A stretch of DNA of 64,000 nt from Pirellulaceae bacterium (GTDB lineage: Bacteria > Planctomycetota > Planctomycetia > Pirellulales > Pirellulaceae): NCBI GenBank assembly GCA_041399205.1, contig JAWKTK010000011.1, positions 122,448 through 186,447 of the forward strand, written 5' to 3'. The notes beneath the pieces were generated by a model. The model did not search any database. It was not told the origin of the DNA and saw only the letters and a program-made list of their open reading frames with translations. Position 1 is the stretch's first letter. Every line of letters begins with the position of its first letter. Below, one piece after another: positions 10,570 through 20,347 of this stretch. The position numbers were made by a program, and so were the translations under genes.

Positions 10570-11628
10570 TTACGGGGAGCTCTTCAAGCGGTAGACATAG
10601 GCCAACAATTCGGCAATGGCCTGATACATTTCCACGGGGATTTCGTCTCCTACTTCCACCATCCGATACAGGGCTCGTGCCAATGGCTTGCGTTCCAACA
10701 CTGGAACATCGTGCTGTTCGGCAATTTCAATGATTCGCAACGCCAAAAAGTCGGCACCTTTGGCAACCACTTTGGGAGCACCGCCCGCTTCTTGATCATA
10801 CTTCAAGGCCACAGCAAAATGCGTAGGATTTCGCACAACCGCGTCCGCGCCGGGCACGTTTTTCATCATTCGCCGGTTTGCGGTTTCACGCTGAATCTTC
10901 TTCAATCTTGCCTTCAGATGTGGATCGCCTTCCGATTCCTTGTGTTCGCGTTTGACTTCTTCCAACGTCATTCTCAAATCCATTTCGTGCTGCCAACGCT
11001 GGAACAGATAGTCGCCAATCCCTAGCGTGGTCAACGCTAATCCGGATGACCCAATGATCTTGATCACAATGTTCCATGTCGTAGCAACCGTTTCATTCAC
11101 GGACGTAAATCCAATAGCATAGATTTGTCCAAAGTCATTGCGCATCACAAAGAACACAACACATGTGATTACAATCACCTTTAGAATAGCCATGATGCCA
11201 CGAACTGTGGTGCGAATAGAAAACAGCCGCTGAAATCCATTGGTAGGAAGCAAACGATCCCATTTGATTTCCAGTGTTTCCGAAGAAAACTGAATTCCGT
11301 TCTGCAAGACGTACACCAGAATGTTTGCCAGAAACAAGCTGACGACCACAGCCGCCGTAGCGTAAAACAAGCGGATGCCAAACAGTTGTCCCGCAACGAT
11401 CACTTCGTTTGAACCCCACTGGATGCGATCCAGTCCCACCAGTTCGGCTCGCATCACTTGAAACAACACACCTCCCAACATTTCGCCCATCGACCAAAAG
11501 ACCGCCGCCAACACTAGCAACACCAGACCCGTCGCCAGGTCCGAACTGGTAGCCAGTTGACCCCGGCGCCGCGCTTCATCGCGACGACGCTGCGTAGGTG
11601 CTTCCGTCTTTGATTGTTGCGAATCCAT
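10570..11628 (-). CDS. flhB: Flagellar export apparatus protein FlhB
   Basis: 352 aa. N-terminus KTEAPTQRRRDEARRRGQLATSSDL, four TM helices, and the NPTH autocleavage motif (NPTHFAVALKYD). Confidence 0.9.
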   Translation of the reverse strand: MDSQQSKTEAPTQRRRDEARRRGQLATSSDLATGLVLLVLAAVFWSMGEMLGGVLFQVMRAELVGLDRIQWGSNEVIVAGQLFGIRLFYATAAVVVSLFLANILVYVLQNGIQFSSETLEIKWDRLLPTNGFQRLFSIRTTVRGIMAILKVIVITCVVFFVMRNDFGQIYAIGFTSVNETVATTWNIVIKIIGSSGLALTTLGIGDYLFQRWQHEMDLRMTLEEVKREHKESEGDPHLKARLKKIQRETANRRMMKNVPGADAVVRNPTHFAVALKYDQEAGGAPKVVAKGADFLALRIIEIAEQHDVPVLERKPLARALYRMVEVGDEIPVEMYQAIAELLAYVYRLKSSP

Positions 11629-11714
11629 GCGGTGATACCGATCCTAATGATTATCTTTCGAACATCTACCACTCGATCTCGTGGTGCCATGCCTCTGATG
11701 TGCTTGGCATCTCA

Positions 11715-12498
11715 CTAGCGAAAGAATCGCATCCAATCAATAGCCGACTCCTGGATCAACCATTGTAGATGCACAGCCATGGCGGGTAAAAACACGAGCA
11801 ACGCTCCCAACCCCACCGTCAAACGCAACGTAAATCCCAGCGAAAAAATATTGATCTGGGGCGACGCCTTCATCAGTACGCCCAGCATGACAATCGTCAA
11901 GAACAAACAGATGCCTACCGGCGCGGCTAACAACACACCGTCGCGGTGTACCTGTGACGATTCAACCACCAAGGCATCAAGCGGAGCGTCGCTCCAGAAT
12001 TTTCCAATCGGAAGGGCAAAAAAGGACTGGTACACAACGGTGAGAATGCCATGATGAACATTCGCACCTAACAATAGCAGAATGGCAAACGACTGAAAGA
12101 TTTCACCCACGATGTTCGTCATCACATTGGTGCCTGGGTCAATCAGAGATGCTTGGTTGAGTCCCATTTCGTTACCAATGTACGAACCAGCGATTCGAGC
12201 TGGTTCGAGAAACAGACCAAACGCAAAACCAATGGCGCCGCCTACGATTACTTCGCGAAGAACGCAAACGGCAAATTGCAGCCAGGCGGCAGGGCCATCC
12301 GCCGCCGAAGCATGAAACAGCATGTGATTCGGTACGATTGGAAACCAGCACAGCGTGAGCGAAACTGACAGGCCGACTTTCACCAGATTTGGCAATCGTC
12401 TTCCGCCAAATAGCGGAAAAAACACAATGAAGGCGCCTATCCGAGTCAGCATGAGGACAAAGCCCAGAATCAGCGGTTCCAGCATGTATTGCGTCATC
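11715..12498 (-). CDS. fliR: Flagellar export apparatus protein FliR
   Basis: Family-typical N-terminus MTQYMLEPLILGFVLMLTRIGAFIVFFPLFGG and a polytopic membrane body. The start ATG (minus, 12496-12498) overlaps a TGA, giving an ATGA junction. The ORF-track start at 12557 is an artefact of reading into the tandem repeat. Confidence 0.85.
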
Positions 12499-12698
12499 GA
12501 CCGGCCTCGGCGGCATAGTAAAAAGCGTGTTGTGTCATCGACCGGCCTCGGCGGCATAGTAAAAAACGTGTTGTGTCATCGACCGGCGTCGGTGGCATAG
12601 TAAAAAGCGTGTTGTGTCATCGACCGGCGTCGGTGGCATAGTAAAAAGCGGGTTGCGTCATCGACCGGCCTCGGCGGCATAGTAAAACATGTTCTGGG
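12494..12698 (-). repeat. Five copies of a 41-bp tandem repeat at the fliQ/fliR junction, each regenerating a TGA/ATG (ATGA) overlap
   Basis: Copies start at 12494, 12535, 12576, 12617 and 12658, with a unit like GTCATCGACCGGCCTCGGCGGCATAGTAAAAAGCGTGTTGT. The unit fuses a fliR-head-like segment (ATGACaCAAcAC-GCT) to a fliQ-tail-like segment (TTTTACTATGCCGCCGAGGCCGGTCGATGA). On the minus strand each unit reads ATG ACA CAA CAC GCT TTT TAC TAT GCC GCC GAG GCC GGT CGA TGA. Copies differ by 1-4 substitutions. Confidence 0.9.
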
Positions 12699-12945
12699 CA
12701 AAGTTCATCAGCACATGCAAGGACCACGGTAATGTGAAGGCAAGCACTAGCCCCACTGCAAAAATGCGTGGCGCAAAACTCAGAGTTTGCTCTTGGATGC
12801 TGGTGACCGTCTGAAAGATGCTAATCGCCAAACCGACCAACAGACTGACCGCGATCGTGGGAGCTGTCAGCAGCAGTGACGTGTAAAACAGTTCACGACC
12901 AATCTGGACGACCGTATCCATCTCCATAACACTTCTCCTGGTCAC
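12658..12945 (-). CDS. fliQ: Flagellar export apparatus protein FliQ
   Basis: About 89-95 aa with two TM helices. MEMDTVVQIGRELFYTSLLLTAPTIAVSLLVGLAISIFQTVTSIQEQTLSFAPRIF matches the FliQ family. Its last codons and the TGA stop lie inside the tandem repeat. Confidence 0.85.
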   Translation of the reverse strand: MTRRSVMEMDTVVQIGRELFYTSLLLTAPTIAVSLLVGLAISIFQTVTSIQEQTLSFAPRIFAVGLVLAFTLPWSLHVLMNFAQNMFYYAAEAGR

Positions 12946-12971
12946 ATTGCTGTGATGTTCATGACTGGCGG

Positions 12972-13663
12972 CTATCCAAAGCTGGAACTCAACGCCTGGG
13001 CTACTAGTCGCCAGCCGTCGACTAACACAAACAATAACACTTTGAATGGTAGCGACAGCATCATGGGCGGCATCATCATCATGCCTAACGACATTAAGAT
13101 GGTAGATACCACTAGGTCAATCAGCATGAACGGGATGTAGATGCAAAATCCCATGATAAAGGCGGTTTTGAGTTCGCTCATCATGAACGCCGGCACTAAC
13201 ACTCGTAGCTTGGTGTCTTCCGGCGTACGGCGGTTCTTCTCGAGACAATTCGACGAACAGCCGCAATGTCGTCTTTGCGAGTTTGATACAGCATGAATGA
13301 TTTCAGTTCCGAAGTCGCCAGCGCAATCGCTTCCACTCCGGCAATTTTGCCATCCACGTACGGCGTAATCGCTTTTTCGGCCACCGCATCAATCGTTGGG
13401 CCCATGATAAACATGGTCAAAAACAGCGACATGCCCAAGACCACCGGCGTAGGCGGAATTTCCTGAGTGGTTAACGCTCGCCGGACAAAAGAAAAGACAA
13501 TGACAATTCGAGTGAACGCGGTTAGGGAAACCAATGCCGTGGTCAGAAACGCAAAGCCGCCCATGAACAAGGCAACTTGGATGGGAGTGGCTAGTTCGCC
13601 CAGGTTTTCCGACTGTGTTACTCGAGCGGCAAGGTCTAGGTAAGCGTTGGTCTGCGGGTCCAC
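12972..13663 (-). pseudogene. fliP: Flagellar export apparatus protein FliP, interrupted by a frameshift near 13230-13245
   Basis: ORF 13196..13663 carries the FliP N-terminal and middle part (...FTRIVIVFSFVRRALTTQEIPP...[10 protein letters not shown]). ORF 12972..13202 (GTG start) carries the C-terminus [18 protein letters not shown]...[14 protein letters not shown]. The second frame is also open upstream ([18 protein letters not shown]) and matches the FliP consensus. A 1-nt indel in the agaagaacc run explains the split. Confidence 0.8.
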
Positions 13664-14463
13664 GATGGCGCCTCCATGTAGTTGGACGAATTCGTTTCGA
13701 AAAGGCTGCGTCGCGAGGAACCGTTGTCTAGCGAATGCGAGTCATGGCTGTCGGCAGGTGCAAGCGGTGTGTTCGAATCAAGTTGATCCATCACATCCAC
13801 AAAATCGCTGGACAAGACTTCCATATGCTGCAGGCCGTGCGCATCCATTCCTAATAACACTTTGTGCTGCCCAACTCGTACCAGTCGCAATTGGACTTTG
13901 CCATTCACCTGCAATGATTCCACAACCGCCAATTCGGACACCGCTTGTTTGTTGGGCACGTTGGACTTGAGCCAACGTTTGGCCAACAACAGCGTTCCGC
14001 CGCACAGGATCATCACTCCGAAGGTGGCGAACACAAGCTGGCTGACCACTTGCGCAAAATCGATTTTTTCAGGCGAATGGGCCGGCGTGATTTGACTGGG
14101 AGTGTCTTGTTCGTACCACGGCTTGCTGGCGACGGCTGTGGGAGCGGGCAAGTCGTCTTGTTCGGCCGGTTCCAGGCGTCGCACCTGCGTTGATTTGGAC
14201 ACGCGATTCGTGGCACCTACGGTTCGGGGCGAAGGCGAATCTTGAACATCACCTTCGTTCGAATCTCCGGGGGTTGCGGAAGTAGAAGGATGCCCATTCG
14301 CCGAGACTGATTCCGGCGTGCTGGCTTGGATTTGTCTAAACGCTGCCAGAATGGCGTCCGAACCGGTTGGTTCCGTTTCGTTCGCGCAAGCTGAGTTTGT
14401 GCAACAAGCCAATCTGACCAGCAGCAGAAAACCAACCGTCCGTCGAGTGTAGGGCCAATCCAT
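13636..14463 (-). CDS. fliO: FliO-like flagellar biosynthesis protein with a long N-terminal extension
   Basis: The C-terminal part has a TM helix (VFATFGVMILCGGTLLLAKRWLK) followed by VNGKVQLRLVRVGQHKVLLGMDAHGLQHMEVL, typical of FliO. It lies directly upstream of fliP, overlapping by 28 bp. At 275 aa it is much longer than usual, so the start is uncertain. Confidence 0.55.
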   Translation of the reverse strand: MDWPYTRRTVGFLLLVRLACCTNSACANETEPTGSDAILAAFRQIQASTPESVSANGHPSTSATPGDSNEGDVQDSPSPRTVGATNRVSKSTQVRRLEPAEQDDLPAPTAVASKPWYEQDTPSQITPAHSPEKIDFAQVVSQLVFATFGVMILCGGTLLLAKRWLKSNVPNKQAVSELAVVESLQVNGKVQLRLVRVGQHKVLLGMDAHGLQHMEVLSSDFVDVMDQLDSNTPLAPADSHDSHSLDNGSSRRSLFETNSSNYMEAPSWTRRPTLT

Positions 14464-14799
14464 AGCCGCATTCCTTTCTGCCCAATGAAATCCTAGAACG
14501 ATCGATTCTTCGGAATACGACCTGGCAGACCTTGAAGACTTTGCGGATTACAAAGAGTTTGCAGTGGAAATTCTGCTGTCATAGCGACGGCCAGCCGCAA
14601 TGTAAAGCGACGGCGGATTCACAGTGCCGAGACATCATTGTCGGCTTGCCGAACACAGGCTGACATCGGGATTGCTTGGGGGCAGCGAATGTGAAAACGA
14701 AAAAAGCGAACAACCTGGATTGCTCGCTTTTTCGTCCGAAGGAATCCGAGAAGAACCCAGATAAGATTCGGAGGGTTGTTTTTCGTAGCCGGTTTAGGC

Positions 14800-16245
14800 T
14801 TACAGCAGCGAAAGGACCAACTGGCTGGTCTGGTTGGCGTTCGACAGAATCGAAGTACCTGCCTGAACCAAAACCTGCTGTTTGGTGAAGTTGGCGATTT
14901 CCGAAGCAAAGTCGGTATCTCGAATCACCGATTCCGCAGCCACTGAGTTTTCCAAGGTGGTTTGCAAGTTGCTGGCCGTCGATTCCAACGTATTCTGCTG
15001 GAACGCACCCAATGCACCTCGCAAGTTGGTGATTTCGTCGATGGCCGCATCAATGACGGCGATGGAGTCTTGAGCTTCTGTGTCGGTCAGAACACTGATT
15101 TCCGCTAGGCTAGTAAACTTATTTCCTTCGACTCCAACACCAAGTGAGTCCGGATTCGCCTTATCTACGCCAATCGATGCGGTTTGGTATGCATTTGGAC
15201 CGATTTGGAACGTGAGACGATCGTCGGCAAGTGCAATGATGGCTTGGCTGTCGGCTCCAGCACCCACGGTTAGTGCTGGATCCGTCCCATCTTCCGCGAA
15301 CCGAATAGTTAGTCCTTTTGCAACCCCGCTGTCCGCCGTGACTACGTTGCCATCGCCCGTATAATTCACTGTTGGCGCACCGACGGCTGAACCAGTAAAC
15401 GATGCTACAACGTCGACACCTTGACCGGTAATCGTTGCAATTCCGATACCCGAACTATCCGCAGCAGCTACGACATTGGAGACAACAGATATCTCGTTAG
15501 CGCTGCCAAATCCACGAGAATAGAGACGGGTTTCACCGCCGGCGCCGCCCTTATCTGCGGTCACGCCCGTCTCACTAGTGTATTCGTTGATACGTTTGAC
15601 AACGGCGTCCTGATCCATGCCTTGGTTCAATTCGATAGCAACGCCGTTGACATTAACAATTTCATCGGCGGCAAGTGTTGTTGTTTGCAACGTGCCCGCT
15701 TCCGCAACGGCTCGTTGCCCTTGCGTAACGACTTCCACACTATAGTTGTCAACCGTTACGGAGGAATTGGCTCGCACGAAGTCGACATTGGTATTCGTAG
15801 ACGTCGCATTGTAGCCCGCCGAGCCGTCCAACAGCTTTTTATTGGCGAATTGTGTGTTGTTGGCAATACGATTAATGGTATCCAAGGCGTTATCAATTTC
15901 CGCTTGGTTAGCAGCCAACGCGTCTGCGTCATTCACACCAGAGTTCGCTGCGTCCAACGCCAAGCCGCGAGCTCGATTGAGCAGTGTGCTGATTTCGTTC
16001 AAGGCACCTTCCGCCGTTTGAACCACGGTAACGCCCTTGTTGGCGTTTTCGATGGCTTGTTCGATACCTACGATTTGAGCTCGTTGCTTTTCCGAAATCA
16101 CCAACGCGGCAGGACCGTCGGCACCTCGGTTCACTTTCAAACCAGACGACAATCGTTCCAGCGATTTGCCCAACGATTTGGACGAACGAGCCAGATTGTT
16201 CTGTGCTGTAATGGACGACACGTTGTTGGCAATGACAAGGCTCAT
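14800..16245 (-). CDS. fliC: Flagellin
   Basis: 481 aa. Conserved N-terminal D0/D1 (ANNVSSITAQNNLARSSKSLGKSLERLSSGLKVNRGADGPAALVISEKQRAQIVG) and C-terminal D0 (DFASEIANFTKQQVLVQAGTSILSNANQTSQLVLSLL). Confidence 0.95.
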   Translation of the reverse strand: MSLVIANNVSSITAQNNLARSSKSLGKSLERLSSGLKVNRGADGPAALVISEKQRAQIVGIEQAIENANKGVTVVQTAEGALNEISTLLNRARGLALDAANSGVNDADALAANQAEIDNALDTINRIANNTQFANKKLLDGSAGYNATSTNTNVDFVRANSSVTVDNYSVEVVTQGQRAVAEAGTLQTTTLAADEIVNVNGVAIELNQGMDQDAVVKRINEYTSETGVTADKGGAGGETRLYSRGFGSANEISVVSNVVAAADSSGIGIATITGQGVDVVASFTGSAVGAPTVNYTGDGNVVTADSGVAKGLTIRFAEDGTDPALTVGAGADSQAIIALADDRLTFQIGPNAYQTASIGVDKANPDSLGVGVEGNKFTSLAEISVLTDTEAQDSIAVIDAAIDEITNLRGALGAFQQNTLESTASNLQTTLENSVAAESVIRDTDFASEIANFTKQQVLVQAGTSILSNANQTSQLVLSLL

Positions 16246-16931
16246 TGTAACCCTTTCAAAAAGACTCTTGACTCCTGAGCCGCGAACTACCTAGCCATCC
16301 GTAACAAATTGCTCCCTACCAGTAACCTCAAAAGACGCGGATCAAACTAACTTGAAAAAGACGGAACCGTTTAGCGGACCATCACAACCTGCAAACTTTA
16401 TCGAAGCAATCAAACGTAGCTTGCGGTATCGGCGCAGAAAATCACAAAAAGCCTGACCATCCAATGTCTACTTCTTTCCAATGTGCGGCTTGTATGACAA
16501 GCGTTTGTCAGTTACTACGAACCTGTAACTGGAAAGCACCGAGCAGCTTCGTAGAAACCGCAGTGCCGCAGCAAGAATATTTCGTGATACGAAACTGTCA
16601 CCGTAAAATTTGCTGGGCGAAGAATAAGCGCCGATTCGAAAGAATTGACATTCTCCGGACCAGCTACGCCAGCAGCAACTGCGCAGCCTGATCAAGCACA
16701 AACTGGATGTGCTTCGAAATGCGACGGAAATCGAACCTAGCGGGTGACCGAGTCGCGAAATTGGAAAGCCCAGTAGAACGCCGACGATCGTTGGCGTCCT
16801 ATCAAGAGAAAACGCCAACAAGCGAAAGGAAAGCCGCGTTATCGAGGTGTCGCGTCCAATGCCTAGTCAATCGAGTGCCGGGCAGATAAGGTAACATCTC
16901 TGTGAGAAAATGACGAATATGCGAGTTCATT

Positions 16932-18833
16932 TTGCGAGACCTCTCCTTGAGCCGAACCGAGAATCCTGAAGTTGTGATAGCCCCCGACGAATATTACCAG
17001 CGGCGTCTGGAGTCGTTGCAGCAAAGCTTCGACGAATGTAACCGCACCGGTGATTGGTTGTCCAAGAGCCGCGGCATTGCGTTTTTTACGTCGCTGGGAT
17101 TGCTGCTGATGGCCGTGAACGCCGAAGATCAGGCAACGGCTTGGTACTGGGCATCGGGCGTTTTGTTTTTGGGATTTGTGGCGTTGGTGACTTGGCATGA
17201 AGCGGTGATTCGCCGACAGGCTTTGATTGAATTTCGCATGAAAATCAATCGCCAACAGCAGCATCGACGCCAGCGTAATTGGGATGAAATTCGCACGCCC
17301 GATGTCATTGTTCCACCTGAACACGTCGCATTAGCCGCTGATCTGAATCTGTTTGGCAACGGGTCTCTGTTTCAACTTTTGTGCACAGCCCACACGACGT
17401 TTGGCGTACGGTTTCTGCAGCAGTGGATGCTGAATCCGGCCGAACCCAGCGAGATCGTTTGTCGCCAACAAACTGCTGTGGCGCTGGCTAACCAGAACGA
17501 ATTTCGTGAACAGCTACAACTTCAATCCATGATTCTGGCGCACAGCCCCGCCGGGCCGGATCGAATTGTCCAATGGGCAGAAGGGCCAATGTGGCTGGCC
17601 CGCCGAAGTTGGTTGAAATGGTTGGTTCGCGGCTTGACTGCACTGTCCATGACGCTGCCAATCCTCTGGTTGGCCGGTTGGTTGCCTTCGCCCTGGGGAA
17701 TTTACCTGTTGGGCGGCGTGATTGTGGTGAACGTGTTAGTGAATGTGTTGTTTACCGGTCGAGTGCACGAGATTTTTGATTCGGTAGATTCGAAAGCGCA
17801 TGATCTGAAAGCGTACCAGCATCTGTTTGAGTTGGTCGATTCGCTTCCAACCGAAACGGATAAATTGCGGCAGCTTCGCGAAAAGATGGGCGACGCTGGA
17901 GCCAGTCGGCAGACGCTCGGCCAGTTGTCACGAATCATGGCGTTTGCCAATCTCAGACGTTCGCCAATGTTCGGTGTGTTGCATATCCTGATTCAGCTGG
18001 TCTGGCTGCTGGATTTTCATGTGCTGGATTGGCTGGAATCGTGGCAAGCCAAGCACGGCCAGAAACCTCGACGGTGGTTTGAGGCCGTGGGTGAGTTGGA
18101 AGCCATTTGCTGTTTGGCTTATTTGCATTTCGATAATCCAGAATGGGCCTTCCCTGCAGTACGTCAGGAACAAGAAACCGTGGACGCGTTGCAATTGGGC
18201 CATCCACTTCTGGCAGCCAAAGACGGCGTCGCCAACGACGTGAACGTTGGTCCGGCTGGTCGATTCCTGTTGGTGACCGGTTCCAACATGTCTGGCAAGA
18301 GCACGCTGTTACGTTCCTTGGGTGCGAACGTGGTGTTGGCACAGATGGGAGCTCCCGTGTGCGCGAAGCAGTTCGTGATACCTCGGCTGTTGGTGGCCAC
18401 CAGCATGCGAATCCAGGATTCGCTGAATGACGGTGTGTCGTTCTTTATGGCGGAACTGAAACGCTTGAAAGAGATTGTCGACATGGCACAGCGCCAAGCC
18501 GATTCGCCCATGACGCTGATGTTTCTGCTGGACGAAATCTTGCAGGGAACCAATTCCGTTGAACGCCAGATTGCCGTGGTGAAAGTGATTGGCCATTTGG
18601 TGAAGTGCCGCGCCCTGGGAGCGGTTTCTACGCATGACTTAGATCTGGCCGGGCATGCGGAAATCAAAGACCATTGCCAAACGGTCCATTTTCGCGAAAC
18701 CATTTCGGCGCAAGACGGCCGCGAAGTCATGACGTTTGACTATAAAATGCGACAAGGCGTGGCCACCACAACCAACGCCTTGAAACTGTTGAAACTTGTC
18801 GGGCTGTCGGAATCATCGCCCGAATCGTCTTGA
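16932..18833 (+). CDS. MutS domain V (ABC-type ATPase) protein with N-terminal transmembrane segments; no mismatch-binding domain seen
   Basis: 633 aa. Walker A LLVTGSNMSGKSTLLRSLG, the MutS signature region, and Walker B MTLMFLLDEILQGTNS. N-terminal hydrophobic helices (FFTSLGLLLMAV, VLFLGFVALV). Confidence 0.7.
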   Translation: MRDLSLSRTENPEVVIAPDEYYQRRLESLQQSFDECNRTGDWLSKSRGIAFFTSLGLLLMAVNAEDQATAWYWASGVLFLGFVALVTWHEAVIRRQALIEFRMKINRQQQHRRQRNWDEIRTPDVIVPPEHVALAADLNLFGNGSLFQLLCTAHTTFGVRFLQQWMLNPAEPSEIVCRQQTAVALANQNEFREQLQLQSMILAHSPAGPDRIVQWAEGPMWLARRSWLKWLVRGLTALSMTLPILWLAGWLPSPWGIYLLGGVIVVNVLVNVLFTGRVHEIFDSVDSKAHDLKAYQHLFELVDSLPTETDKLRQLREKMGDAGASRQTLGQLSRIMAFANLRRSPMFGVLHILIQLVWLLDFHVLDWLESWQAKHGQKPRRWFEAVGELEAICCLAYLHFDNPEWAFPAVRQEQETVDALQLGHPLLAAKDGVANDVNVGPAGRFLLVTGSNMSGKSTLLRSLGANVVLAQMGAPVCAKQFVIPRLLVATSMRIQDSLNDGVSFFMAELKRLKEIVDMAQRQADSPMTLMFLLDEILQGTNSVERQIAVVKVIGHLVKCRALGAVSTHDLDLAGHAEIKDHCQTVHFRETISAQDGREVMTFDYKMRQGVATTTNALKLLKLVGLSESSPESS

Positions 18834-19146
18834 AATTGGTCTCCCGCCCAACGTTCGTGTTCACTCGCTCGCGTTTTTTGAAGTTGCGCTTTTTCATAGC
18901 CCGAAACGTAAGTGAGGGGAAACGGAGTGATTCTCTGGTCCCTCGCTGACGCTTCGGGCTAGGAAATTACGCCGAAAAAACGCGAGTACGCAACTTCAAA
19001 ACTCTCGCTTCGGGCGAGGATATTCCGCCGAAAAACGAGAATGCGGAACGTTCAAGCCAACGCGTGGCCACGAACCTGAGCAGCTTGAAACACTGACACA
19101 TCGCTGGTCACGACGATTTGAACCAAACGTGCCGAAGTGCCGAATC

Positions 19147-19500
19147 CTAGCGGCGACGTTCTTTCAAACGAACTGCCTTGCCCACACGGTCTCGCAAGAA
19201 ATACAATTTCGCTCGACGAACAACGCTGGAACGTTTGACTTCAACCTTGTCCACTCGAGGCGAATGGATTGGAAACTTTCGTTCTACACCTTCGCCTGCC
19301 ACGATCCGACGCACGGTAAAGGTTTCTTCAATTCCAGAACCAGCTCGCGCAATCACCGTACCGGTGAAGACTTGGATACGTTCTTTGTCGCCTTCCAGAA
19401 TCTTGGTGTGCACGTCCACCGTGTCGCCGATTTCAAACTGAGGCGGTTCGGCCTTCATGCTGCTTTCGGCTACTTGCTTTAGAATTTGTTGCTTGTTCAT
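19147..19500 (-). CDS. rplS: 50S ribosomal protein L19
   Basis: 117 aa. [44 protein letters not shown] is the L19 core. Confidence 0.95.
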   Translation of the reverse strand: MNKQQILKQVAESSMKAEPPQFEIGDTVDVHTKILEGDKERIQVFTGTVIARAGSGIEETFTVRRIVAGEGVERKFPIHSPRVDKVEVKRSSVVRRAKLYFLRDRVGKAVRLKERRR

Positions 19501-19563
19501 GACAGCACCTATGTTATCTAACTGAATCGAATTCGATTTGAGTTACTTGCGTTTTCGGTTAGG

Positions 19564-20277
19564 TCACGCGTCTGACTTTTCATCTAGTAAATCAGACCGT
19601 CGTTGTTCGGTTCGTCGGATGCTTTCTGACTTTCGCCAAGCGGCAATGCGACCATGATCACCGCTCAGCAAAATGTCCGGCACCACGTGGCCTCGGTATT
19701 CAGGAGGCCGAGTGTACTGGGCGTATTCCAGTAGCCGGTTTCCCGACGAAAAGGAATCGTCCTGGTTACTTTGTTCATGGCCCAGTACGCCGGGCACCAT
19801 GCGTACCAACGTATCTACAACCACCATTGCTGCAACTTCTCCGCCATTGAGGATAAAGTCGCCGATCGACAATTCATACGGCTGCAGGATATCGACAACT
19901 CGTTGGTCAAAGCCTTCGTATCGTCCGCACAGCACAATGAATCGATTTTCCGAGCTACTCAGCTGTTCCACAACGCGTTGATCTAATCGATTCCCTTGCG
20001 GAGTCGTTAAGACTACCAAGCCAGGTTTTTCGGCCAACGCCTGAACCGCCTCGACACACTCGACAACTACGTCTACTTTGATGACCATTCCTGGGCCACC
20101 ACCGTACGGTCGGTCGTCCACCGTATTATGTTTGTTTTTGGCCCACAGTCGCAAATCGTGAACGTGGACTTCCACCAAACCGTTTTCAATTGCCTTGTTC
20201 AGCAAGCTTTGGCCCAAGTAGCCCGAAAACATTTCGGGAAACAACGTCACAATGTCAAAACGCATTGTGTGGGGCAT
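19564..20277 (-). CDS. trmD: tRNA (guanine37-N1)-methyltransferase
   Basis: MRFDIVTLFPEMFSGYLGQSLLNKAIENGLVEVHVHDLRLWA...RPYGGGPGMV. The start was taken at the internal Met to avoid overlap with rpsP. Confidence 0.9.
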   Translation of the reverse strand: MPHTMRFDIVTLFPEMFSGYLGQSLLNKAIENGLVEVHVHDLRLWAKNKHNTVDDRPYGGGPGMVIKVDVVVECVEAVQALAEKPGLVVLTTPQGNRLDQRVVEQLSSSENRFIVLCGRYEGFDQRVVDILQPYELSIGDFILNGGEVAAMVVVDTLVRMVPGVLGHEQSNQDDSFSSGNRLLEYAQYTRPPEYRGHVVPDILLSGDHGRIAAWRKSESIRRTEQRRSDLLDEKSDA

Positions 20278-20347
20278 CACCGCTGAACCTTTATCCAAAC
20301 GAACGTCCGAATTCGCGAAGCAAACATTACTCCGCCAACCGTTCGGG

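Noticed and set aside
14690-14725. Possible terminator AAAAAAGCGAacaacctggattgcTCGCTTTTT downstream of flagellin
   Set aside because: The stem is only 4-5 bp with a 14-nt loop, which is too weak to call despite the flanking A and T runs. It is not reported as a feature.
16380-16440. Sigma-28-like motifs GCCGATAC and TAAAGTTT upstream of the flagellin gene
   Set aside because: On the flagellin (minus) strand the -10-like element lies 5' of the -35-like element, which is the wrong order, and they are 24 nt apart. That is not a functional sigma-28 arrangement.
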